Position numbers and translations under genes: made by a program. Below are positions 1 to 12,300 of a stretch of 64,000 bases of DNA, piece by piece. Numbering within the stretch: the stretch's first letter is position 1; every line of letters starts with the position of its first letter. The stretch comes from Stegostoma tigrinum (Eukaryota). The DNA lies in the NCBI RefSeq assembly GCF_030684315.1, contig NC_081393.1:14007479-14071478 (forward strand). Direction: 5' to 3'. Below the pieces are notes generated by a model that was not told where the DNA came from, did not search any database, and saw only the letters and a list, made by a program, of their open reading frames with translations.

Positions 1-1046
1 ATTATTGTAGGCATGATGAGAACTGCCTCAATACTATGCAACCATTGGGAAAGAAACAAGCGTTTTGACAAACTTCAAGTATCACAGACAAACAGAACTG
101 AAGCATATTTTCCCTGCTCTGTGTTCCGTTATCTGCACAGATGAAGCAGACCCATTAAGAACATTTGGCATTTATCTTGTTTGATTTCTTGGGAGAGGGA
201 AAGTGGTGACAGAAGTTCAGATTTGGGACTCGGTTCAAAGAAAAGGACAACACTGAGAAAGTAGAGAGATGACAATGATTTAATGGACAGTTGGCAGATC
301 AAGCATTCATACCTGAAAATTTATTGCCTTAATCACGTCAGTCAGGGTGATGGAAAAATCTAGATACTCCTTTAGGGAGTGCTCCTGAACCAAAAAATAA
401 AACAAAACACAACATACCTTGCAGATAACAAAGCTTAGTCTTTGCACGCCAGTGGGCGTGCATGTCTGCCTGCATGCACATCAGGGGGAAGGCTGGGGAG
501 TGACCTACTTGTTGCCAATTTGTTGAAACGTTAAGAAACTCTCCTTAAAGTTTACCTTTCAAACCACACAGTCTCAAACATGACTGAAGCACAGAAGCTC
601 ACCTGCTGCAGCCACAATAATATCAGCAAGCTTGGTATGTTCCCTCAGCTGGTCTTTTGGTGTGTATCGATGAGAAATAGTCACTGTAGCATCCCCTGCA
701 AGATAACAACTGCTTTATGCAAAGTAGTGATCAAAGCAACAAATCCCCTTTCTGCACAAAATGTTAGAATGAGAGAACTTAAAAACAGAATGAAAAAGGC
801 ACAATTACTTCCAGGTGAGCCACCCAGTAAAATCTGGCTTCAAAGAAAAAAAAAGCTGCGATGATCAATACCACGTGGTTCTTTCCTAACTTCTGAAGGG
901 GCAGGAGATAAAATCTTAATACTCAGTTCTGTATGTGACAAAACCAGATTATTTAGTGGAAGGACCAATGACAAGGAGGCAAGGCGGGGGCCTTTCCTGT
1001 CCTGCAGGATTTTATGATTTGCTGCCTGAGCATGTCCGAGTTTTAT

Positions 1047-1775
1047 TGTTACAACTTAGCAGCTACAAAAAAGGTCAAATGAATTGCTAATTGCATCCAT
1101 GGATACCGAACTATCTTCCATGGAGTTTTGATGATGGGTTACTGGACTCAAAAATGTTAAAAGGCAATAGTCATCCTGGCTAGACATATCCCAAACAACT
1201 TATCCAACAAATAAAAGGAGGGCTAAGATTTAAAGGCACAGGGTATTGCTTCACAAAGAAGCCGACAGTAGCAAGCCATCCAAATGATGGAGTCTGTTCG
1301 CTGTCTCCCTTGATTGACCAGAACTAATCAAAAGTTCCTGAAAATCATCCAAAAAGGTATAAAAACAGGGTTCTGCTGCAGACTTCTCTCTCTCTCCTCT
1401 CGCAAATTTTCTGAGGCCCTGTGAGAAGACCAGTACAGCAAGAAGCAGAGATCAGCTGACAATCCAACATGAGAGCTCGCAGAGGTTCGCCAACTCAGAG
1501 ACAGACCAGCGAGGGAGTGACTGTGTAAATCTACAAGAGACTTGGGAAGTATTGTAAGCTTAAGGGGCCAAACAGGATTAGAGATACAAATGTGTAATAA
1601 TAAAAGTCACTCTAATTTTGGTCCTAATAAAGTCAGGACTGTTGTTTTGCATTGGTACCAGTTTGTGTTTGTGTCGATTCAATTGCTTCAGTATCGTGGG
1701 ATACTTGGGCAAATTTATTCAAAACATTCTGGTCGGAGCTGCCTAAATTGCTTTAAAAGGTGAGGCTGGACAACA
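1047..1775 (+). mobile_element. Possible solo LTR
   Basis: TGTT...AACA ends, TATAAAAA at 1358 followed by a CT-rich tract, AATAAA at 1599 and 1626; no TSD found. Confidence 0.3.
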
Positions 1776-1987
1776 GTGTTGACAAGAATCAAAACAATTC
1801 CTACCATGTTGGCATGTTGTTGCCTGGTATTTATAAAGAATTTTCCTTCAGAAAAATAAAAATAAATAACTAAAAGCATGAAGAAATTCCACTAAATTCC
1901 AATGGACACGTAACCTTAGACAGTAAGGACACTACTTTCAGGGATAATTCATGACAATATGCAGAAGTCAACAGATATTGCAACTTG

Positions 1988-2112
1988 TATCAGAGATAAT
2001 GGGAACTGCAGATGCTGGAGAATCCGAGGTAACGGAGAGCAGAGCTGGATGAACACAGCAGGCCAAGCAGCATCGTAGGAGCACAAAATTGTCCTCTGCA
2101 CTGTGTTATCTC
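1988..2112. mobile_element. Penelope-like mini-insertion, same family, without hammerhead core
   Basis: gagataatgggaactgcagatgctggagaatcc...gctggatgaacacagcaggccaagcagcatc, plus a short inverted end. Confidence 0.75.
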
Positions 2113-3243
2113 GGACATTACAACCTGGATTGAACAAGATGCATTCTAAGTGGCCCAGGGATAAAAGGTAGGGAAATCTAGTAAACACTGGGATTGTGCC
2201 AATAGCTAGAGGTATCCAGTAGGTTGTCCATCACTGATCTGTCACATGAATAACCTGATTGGGTGTGTATCTGAACAATTAGTAATGCAAATCATTTGTA
2301 GAAAGGGCAGGCTGAGAACAAATGCAGAAGAGCTTATGTCTTTCCTTTGTTCAATGAAGCAATGTCTGGAACCAACCCCCTCCCCTCCCTGCCGCAGGTG
2401 TTCGTGCCCCTGCTCCCCCCACCCCACTGTGTAACATCAATAAACTCTGATGCTAGAAGTGGACTCGGGTATTGAGGGATTTCATTAGTCATTCTGCCCC
2501 ACAAGGAGAAACCACTTAAAAAAAGCATATCAAGAGTCTTGGTTTTACAAAGCATACATACCATGTCAGCATATGCTTCTACTGCTAATTTCATTCTACT
2601 GTTAAGTTTCATATTTCTGTTACTTTATTCCACCTTTATCGAATACAGAAAAGTATTTTGGTTTAATTTTAGCCTGATTGCAACGAGTCAAACTGCAAAA
2701 TACAGATTCTTTGCAACAATGCAGTGCATGTTGGGCATTTACTAGCTTCTACTATCAAGTGCAATTCATACAACGGACAATAGCACAAGCTTCCGGTCAC
2801 AAGAGACTTGGACTTGCTGTCAAATTAGAATGAAATAGCAGCATAATCTTATAGTCTTTTTTGCCCCAAAAATGGGAGTTTCTTTTTCCTTTCGATATAG
2901 ACTTTCAAAATGGGCGTTTTGAAACAAAGCACTGTAGATGTGGGAGATCTGAAATAGAAACAAATACTTGGAGAGAACCTCAGCAGTGAAACAAAGTTGA
3001 CATTGTGATCAATATGACACCCCTGCAGAGTTTTAAGGCTTTCACTGAAGTCATATCAGGCTCACGCAATTCAGGTCTTTTTCACCACACACACACATAT
3101 CCACCTTAACTAATTATGATGTAAATCATGATGACATTTGCAAAGTTTTGGGTCATTTTGATCAATGATTTAAAGAGAATAAATAGATGAGACTGAAGCT
3201 CAAAAATGAGAGTTCCGTTAAAATTTTAATGCTCTTTACTCAC

Positions 3244-3351
3244 CACCAGGCCGCTCATGTGCGCCATCAGTATGAAGAAGCATAGCAATGGGCATTCCCA
3301 CATTTTTTGACCGTCCAGCTACAACAACATTCTTCCCAAGAGTTGGGATTC
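3244..3351 (-). CDS. MTHFD2: MTHFD2 exon 5 (108 nt)
   Basis: GIPTLGKNVVVAGRSKNVGMPIAMLLHTDGAHERPG; donor gtgagt. Confidence 0.96.
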
Positions 3352-6300
3352 CTGTATGGAAAAATGGCATCCTGTTTATTCAGGAGAACTGCCATAACTT
3401 TTTATTCTTCAATATTGACCACACATTTGTCAAAGCAGAATACAGCATTTTGCTCTGCCTCCCCTAATCAGGTTGCAGCCAATCACCTAGCAGTATTATT
3501 GCTGAACTGTTAGCCAAAAGACATGGTCATGTTCTGGCGACCCAGGCTTAAATCCCACTGCAGCAGACTGTGGTATGTGATTGCAATAAAAACCTGCAAT
3601 TAGGAGTCTAAATGATTACCATGAAACTATAGTCGATTATCAGAAAAACCCATCTGGCTCTCAAACACCCTGGAGGGAGGTAAACTGCCATCCTTACCTG
3701 GTCTAGGCTACTATGGATCTGGAGTCACATGTAAAGTGTTGAGTCTTAACTGCCCTCTGGGATGGCCAATAAGCACTGGTCCAGACAGCGATGCCCACAT
3801 TCAATCAACGACGGGATTAAAAAAAAATCCATGTAACTACCAATTTTAAAAACTGTATTACTCCTTCCAGAATACTAAGTCTGCCTTCCACCTTTATAAA
3901 ACAGATGTTCTAGCTGTAGCTGGTGTTCCAAGCAGACTAGAAAAGCCATTGATGGTTTGCTGAATTAACAAAATTATCTGTCTACCCTCCTACCCGCACA
4001 CACCTAAAATTGAGGTATCCTGGTCCTATTAAGTATATCCTATAGGCTCCTTAAAAAAATTGTACATTTTTGATTTTTGTGTTAATACCATGATCAAGTT
4101 TTGTGTGATCTAGGACAAGAGAATCTACGTTCTGTCAAACAAGAAACAGGAACACTGTTCTATTCAAGTGTAGCCACTAAACAGAGCTCTTGGTTTATCT
4201 CTGTATTTTAAAATAGCAGTCAACCTCAAAACTGCACTATACATTCAGTCTATTTTAACTAAAAAGAAACGTTTAGGAATATAAAACATTAGAACAAACT
4301 TGGAATGTTGGAGGTAAATGCTTGTTATGAACCATGTCAATAATATTTTAAAATTACCTGTTCTTTGGATTATTTCCCATACTCCCCAAGGTGTAGCAGG
4401 CAGCATGGACTTCTGATCAAGACACATGCGACCTACATTGATCACATGAAATCCATCCACATCCTTCGTAGGGGACACTGCATTACAGATCTTGCGTTCA
4501 TCGAGGTGTTCTAAGAAAGTGATTCAACATTTAAAGTCAAAGAGCCTGTGTACATCACTGTATTTTTTAAATTAAAAAAAATTCCAACTGGACTATAATG
4601 CTAACCATGTTCCAATTTATTAAGCACAAAATTCAGGCATGTTAGTCTGAACATTTCAACCAGTGTTTCCAAGACTGCTGGATTTTGAAAAGGGAACACC
4701 AAAAGTGGCAGCAGAAAGTAAATGGAAAGATATGCAGATGGTTGAAATGAAAAATTGAAAAAAATATTATGTTGAGGCTGAACACAGCAGAAGCCAATTG
4801 GGTCCAAATGGTCTGTTACCATGCTGTAATGCAACACAACTTTAATACTTGCAGACCACTCTCATAACAGAACAAAACAGTGATTTGATCACAGGTTTCA
4901 GGAGAAAAACTGAAGCACAATACTCCAAGACTAAAGGTGGTTTTATTGTATTTTACACTTCAGCAGAAGGGAGAATGCTCTTCTGAATAACTGGCTGACA
5001 TTCAAATAACAGCATACTAATAAATCAGAAGACAGTGGAGTACCAATCCTCAAATCCTATCAGGCACAGTAAATAAGAAACAAAAGTAGCAGCAGTTCTT
5101 CTGGTCCAGGTCTTATTCTCATCTGCCTAATGGTTTCCATTTTAAACTTAACCTCCAATGCATTCCCCAGCAAAATATCAAAATGAGGAACAGTAAGAGT
5201 AAATGATGGTCAATGGACAAGAGGGGAAATTTAATGATCAAAGGAAAATGAGCAAGCATTTCTGCCACTTTTGTAGTAGGCCCCCTGAGGTGAATCAACC
5301 ATTATTATTTTTGGACATTCACAGCCATCGTAAGTGCTCCTCAGTATTCAAGGGAAATAGAGGTTAGCTGTTCAGCCCCTCAAGCCTTTTCAGTTATTCT
5401 ATCATGGCTGATCATCCACCTCGGATGTCCTTAGATCCCTGAACACTTCCACATCCCGAATGCCTTTTCTCTTTTTATCTCAAAAGGTAATGGCCATGAT
5501 TTTCATGACTTCTTGCAGGGGAGGGTTGGGAGCTCAAAGGATTCACAACCCAACGGTGGAAGAAATTCCTCATCTCAATCCGAAATTATCAGATATACAT
5601 TGCTGGATTGACTGCTGCTTGGTTTTTGTTTGACTCACATTTTAGCAATCATGACATGCTATACTTGGATATTCAGTCACAAATTAGTTTCTGGGCTGAG
5701 AACCCTGAAGGAAAAATTTCTTTTCAAAAAAAAAAGTTGTCAACTTTTGTTCACGCTACCACCCCCCCCACTTTCAATTCAGAACAAACTATCTTACAAA
5801 GAATATATCTGCTCCAAGTGCCTCTATTTCCAGTTTAGTCATTCAGAGTTCAAATCAATTTATACCCCCAGAAAACAAATGGTGAAGATAAGAGAGTGGA
5901 GCAAGTTAGTCTGTTTGCTCCAATTCAACTATTCAGAGAAAGACACAGAGAATCTCATTTCATAATATTCTCAGGAAGAGGAGGAAACATTGACAAAAAA
6001 AAATGTTTGTGAAATCTGGAGCACGGGATTATTTAGTAGCCACTGCAATGCCTATGTTGCTTCTTGACATGTGCCCAAATCCATAATTGGACAGTGACAA
6101 AGGCTGCTGTTAATACTTAAAAGCAGTTACGTCGCGGACCGAACAAGTTGCTGAAAACTTGGCAAAACCACAAAAATGCACAATTTGACAATGTGTGATT
6201 TCCATTTCAAAAATGGCTGGGGTTGGGGTGGGGGGGTGCAGAGTGGTAGGAGCAGAGTGGAGCCCCAGATACCTAGTCGGGATGAGAAAAGACATTTCCA

Positions 6301-9300
6301 AATGAGCGAATTATTTCCATGAAATCCGAATCACAGGATGGAACAAAAACCAAGGAAAAGATGATTGCACCTTTGAACAAAGCTGCAACAGGGGAAGACA
6401 GAGAGCTGCGGCAAGAAGGCAGCACACACTAGATAGTACTAGTCTGATCTGGTTACAAGTCTACACATTGACAATTAAGCAGATGGCTTCAAGCTGTGTT
6501 GTGAACATCTTCAGCTAGATTACTTCATGTGAGACTCACATAACAACCTCTTTTTGTTACATGCAATGTTCAAATGGATGTACAAGACAAACTGATAAGA
6601 ATAACAAACATTTGAGTGCTCAGTCTTGGAATGGAACTCCAGCTGCAGACAACCCAAAAATTTAGAAACGAGCTCTCAAACTAAGTGGCCAAAACTGTTT
6701 CTGAATAACAAGGACCTTCTCAACATCCAACTTCAACTAAAATATTTTTAGCAGCTTTAAAACCAAATTCTCTCAGGCATATTTTCCCTGACAAGTGATT
6801 TCAGTTGTGCTGCACTGTAATGTCTTCCTTGTAAATCAAGTGACAAATTCAATGTAGTCCTAACTGTATGATATTTTACTGCAATTGCAATCTAAGTTGA
6901 CTCAACAGTTTAAAAGGATTAAGAACAGATTTGTTTTAACAAAAAAAAAATCCTTATTCATTTAAAGCATTTCCTTCTGTGATCAATTTGGCAGCTACAT
7001 ATTCCAGATATTCAGATAAATAATTGGATTTGAACACAACTCAAAAACAGTTCAAGAAAAAAGCAATACACTTTTGTTTAAGGAAAGAGAACTTGAAGGT
7101 ACTCCGATAAAACACAAATGCTTACTTGAGTGTCAATCTCTCACCTGGAAGTGGTAGTTGTACAAGCAAACCATCAACTTGGTCATCCTTGTTGAGCTTA
7201 TCAATCAGCTGGAGCACTTCCTCCTCGGTGATGTTTGCTGGCTTCAGAATGGTCTCACTTGTGATACCTGTTTAATAAAAATAACTATTATGACAATAAA
7301 ACATCCATGATTCAAATCTGTACTGCTCAACTGCAAATAAAAAAGCTCACTCAAATGATTGGAACAGCCTGTTCCAACAACTGCCATTGCCTGTTGTTAG
7401 TCTGTCAGAATTTTGTAAAGGCATGAACAAGCAAAACATTGTCCAAAAAGATAGAAAACTGAAATAAAACAGATTATGGCGGACATGCTTTTAAGAACCG
7501 ATAGCATAAGTGGAGACAGGAACAGAGTTAATGTTTCAGGTTGACAATCTTTCATCAGAACATGATTTAAGATTTGACACTTAAAAACTTGAGAATGCAC
7601 AAAAACTGGAAATGGCAACACGACAAAAGAAAACTACAGGTGATACAGTGAAAAAAAAATCACAGAATACGCAAGTAGCAAAGCTAGTTTGACAAGTGAT
7701 AACCAAAGATAGTCCAGACAAATCTAAAATGAGGAACCAAAATAAACAACTCCTCTTGAAAACTGTAAACAATCACCATACAGAGGAATTGCAAAATATC
7801 TAAACTCAATGGCTATAATCAAAGGATCTTGAAGTCACCTCAATATTTCTGAACAGTGATTAATGGACTTGCAGACACATGGACCTACTCCCAAGGTAAG
7901 CCTCCTCACTCTTTTTGCTTCTGGATGTAGTCAATGTGTACCTTCAGAAAAACAACGGTTGCAGACATACTTTAACACACCAGATCCTGTCCACACAAAA
8001 GCCAGCGAGACACTCTTTTAGCACATCATTCACCACACAAACATCATAAAGCTGGCTCTTCTCGTCTTGCTTGGAGCCACCTCCCCAACTATGAACAGCA
8101 AACTCTGAAAGAGAATCAACCAACAATCTTGTTCCTGTGCCTGACTCAGCTTCACATTGAGTTAATTGGTAAGAACAATTATCATTTTGAATAAAACCAA
8201 ATCCAGTTAAGAGTTACATGGAAAATTTGAGAGCCAGGGAATAACAACAGCTGCATTCCTTTGGATAAGGCGCAATTTGACAACTTAAAACAAGAGCTTT
8301 TGATGGCCCAAATATCTTTTCCTTTAAAAAGAGTGTGGACACTGTCACACACAGTGTTATAAAAAGAGCAACCAATTTACACACAGCAAGGTCCAGCAAA
8401 AAAAAAGTAATGTGATAATAACCAAATGAATTCTGGTTTTGTGATGTTAATTGAGTGATAAAGAGTGGCCAGGTCTGAGAACTCAGACATTATATCTTTG
8501 TCGTGATGCCATTTTCATCCACCAGCAGGGAAATGTGACCTTGGTTTAACATTTCTTTTGAAAGATGCAACCTTCAAGAGTGCAGCCATTCATGTTTATA
8601 TTGTGCTTTTCAAGTCATTAATAAAAAAAAGGCACATCCACCAACTGTGGCACAGCCACGGTTGGGATTGTTCAGACACACCTAATTACAAGAAAACGTT
8701 GAGACATTCAAAGGGTTTAAAAAGATGGCCAAATTGACATCACTAATTTGGAAGCCAGTGTGGGTCACTAAGCACATGGCAGATGAGTGAAAGGGGTGCA
8801 AGATTTTTGGGTACAGAGTTTAATGGAGGCATCAGATGCATGGTAGAATTTGCAAGGCAAGTCAGCGTGTATTGGAATAGACAAGTCAAGAGGTAGAAAA
8901 AGGCAGCAATGAGATGTTGAAACAATGGAAGTGACGAGGAACAGAAGCACGGAAACAGGCAGTTCTGGCAGTCAGAATTAGTCCATTTTGTATGTTATAA
9001 TATTTCTTGTTACAAAAGCTGGGATAAATGGGAAGTCCCTTCGAATCAACATAATCGCGGTTTGCCAGGTCAGGAGGACTCACCTAACATCGTCATTGCC
9101 TTCAGGCAAGCCAGTTTTATATGGGATACCGTGTTTATGTTTGAAAAATTCAACCCGTATTTGCTTACCCAAACCCGCCATCTTTTCTTGCCCTTTACTG
9201 TTCTTTTTAAAATAGAACAAATTGTAGTCAAATTATTTGGCTCATTTCAAAAGCAGCTTTTGGCTTCCAGATGGAACCAGACACATTCACTTGATAGTGT

Positions 9301-12300
9301 TCGGATTCTGTTTTTCACCACAATTGATTTTATGCCACCTTCATTTCTTTGATGGATCTTTGATGGACTAAAATTGCTTTAAAAGAAAAATATTGACTTA
9401 AGATAGCTGCAATGCTCACCTGACCAGGTTGAACAAACCTCAAGCAACAGTGACTGATCCAAAATTAACAGGTATAATCTATGATCTGAATTTATGGCTT
9501 GAGTCACCCAGAACTCAAATCCTGAAAACTTGATTAGTCTGTGAAAAACTTGTCCACAAAACTCCACACCTTATGTATACTTCAGGAACAATGGAATGGG
9601 AGCTGCCTGTTAAGATCCCTTGGTAACACCACCTTGAACAACTACCAAATCTGTGCAATTATGCACAAGTTCCCAAGTAACAAGATCTATTTTTCACCAT
9701 AATAATAAAATGTGAGGCTGGATGAACACAGCAGGCCAAGCAGCATCTCAGAAGCACAGAAGCTGACGTTTCGGGCCTAGACCCTTCATCAGGGATGAAC
9801 ACAGCAGGCCAAGCAGCATCTCAGGAGCACAAAAGCTGACGTTTCGGGCCTAGACCCTTCATCAGCTTTTTTATTATCTTGGAATCTCCAGCATCTGCAG
9901 TTCCCATTATCTCTGATACTATTTTTCACCATGCCAGGAATTATGTCAAATCCAACTAACATGAAAACAAAGGATTTCTTTCATCATTGATTTTCCATGC
10001 AACAGACTACTCAGATAAAAAGTGGACACAACACATGGAAATCCATACCTACATCCGCAGCAGCTTTTGTTTTGTTTTTCACGTAGGAATGACTGGCTGG
10101 ATTATCTCCAATTAGAACAACACTGAGATGTGGTCTCCGATTGCCATCAGCAACCCAGTTCTCCACGTCAATCTTGGCCTCACTTTGGATTTGCCTCGCA
10201 AGCCTTCTTCCAGAGATGACTACTGCCTCATTTCTGAAATTACAATATGCCAAAAAAATTAACTTCAAAAGGAAAAAAGTTAATTTGGAAGACTGTCAGC
10301 TTCTCAAAAGCCAAATTAGTCATAACATTAAGATGTTGTAAATAGCTTAACAGGAAATAAAAAAGAAATTAGAAGCACAAAACAGGTCATCAGACACTTT
10401 CAGCCTGTTCTACCAAGCAGTAAAATCAGCACGGATTTGAATGGGTTCTCAGCTCCAATCTCTTATCAAAAAGCAATCCAACTCAAGGACTGAGCCTCCT
10501 TTGCTTTCTGATGAAGAAAATTCCTCAAAAGGGAAACAAATACTCTTATCTTAAAAATTAGAGATATCTGATTTGAAACATGTTCCACAGTTCCAGCCTC
10601 CCCAACAGAAAAAAAAAAACAGCCTTCTGTGCATTCTGTTGATTCACTCAGGATCTTGTCTGACCCCAATTTTTGGGATCTCATTGGCAATAATGCATAG
10701 AGTGCACATTGGCTCAGGTGGAAAAATGACACACAGCATCTCCAAATCCTGCTCAAGTTTCAAATAATCGAATTTCACTATGCACTCAGTACAACATGGT
10801 GCCACAGAATCCATACTGCAACATCCTTCCGTGCGAAGACAGTTTTCTGACCACATTCTCATTCTCAAGACACCAACTTTAAAAAACATAGGAAATCCAT
10901 CCTTATATTCAATCCCAAAAAAATGTCTTCCTAACTCAACAATCTTATGAAAACCACTTCCTAATTTTTTCTATGTGTGAGAGAGATACTACAAGCAGCT
11001 CAACACTTTGTCACTTTTCAGAGAGATGTAATTCTATGTTTGGAGGCCTACATTTCTATAATAAGGCAATGACAATTGCAGACAACACACTGATGTTACC
11101 CCACCCAACATGCTGTACTCACTTTCGTCAGACATCATTCTCCTTGACCCCAGTCATAAAACATGAAATAACTGGGCCCTTTTTTGTGATTTTCTGCTAT
11201 TGTCACTTTCACATTATTACATATTTCATCTGCAGCATCTAGATATTTGTCCATTGTGCCTTTTAATTGTGTTCATAGGTTTTCTTTCAAAAATTCTAAT
11301 AATGTACCATCGCACTTGATTGTGTCTTCTGCCAATTTGCTCACTTCCAGGTATATATTGTACTTGACAATCAGAGTCATGATCATTTTCACCAAGGCAA
11401 ACTTTTGCTTGTTTCGATCACTTTTGAACTTAATCTGCATATTGGATATCTGGAATTAGTCAAGCTTCAACATTTGTCTTTTTTTAACTAACACCCATTT
11501 GGCTCAACTATTTGTTTCTACATTGCTTCATTTACTCTTTAGACCATAAGGCCGAATGTTAATTTTGTTTAGTGATATTTTAATAGCTTTCTTCCAAAAA
11601 TTCACATTTCCTTTACATAATTAACTAGCTGTATCTTTGAGACACAGATTCCAGTGAAACGTGATTTCCTTTCATCAACTGGAAATAGTTATCCTTGCCT
11701 AACTCACGAACTTCTGAACAGTTTCTGTACTTGAAGTCTTCATATGAAACACGAACTGGACTTAAACACGCTTGAGAAACAAACTGAAAACTCTGAAGTG
11801 AAGCAAATAAAAAGCAAGTCAAAAAAATGACTAAACTTCAGAAAGAGAGGAAATCGGTCTTATTGAACAAGTACTTACATTAGTGTGGGCTTTTGGTAGC
11901 TAGTGTAGTAAAAAAACTGAAGCATGCAGTACCTATGATGCCGTTACACATTCTGCTGAGATAATGGGTCGGTTTGGCCTTAAGCATATATCACAGATGA
12001 AGAGGAGCAGGCCCAATGAAGGATTTGAATATTTGAATGTCAATTTAAACTTACAGATATTTAAAACAGGAAGAAGCAGAGTTTATTGAGAAGTATGGAC
12101 AAGTGCAACATGATATAGCTGTGTTGACATAAAAGTAAAACTCACACTTGGGACAACAATAGCAACTTACATCTATACATGCTGTGAATGGCCTTACGTT
12201 GCTTCACAGCTGGTGTAAGCCAAACGATGACACCACTCAACACCAGGAGGTAACAGGACTGACCAAAAGCTAAATCAAAGAGAAAGATCTCAAGAAGCAT

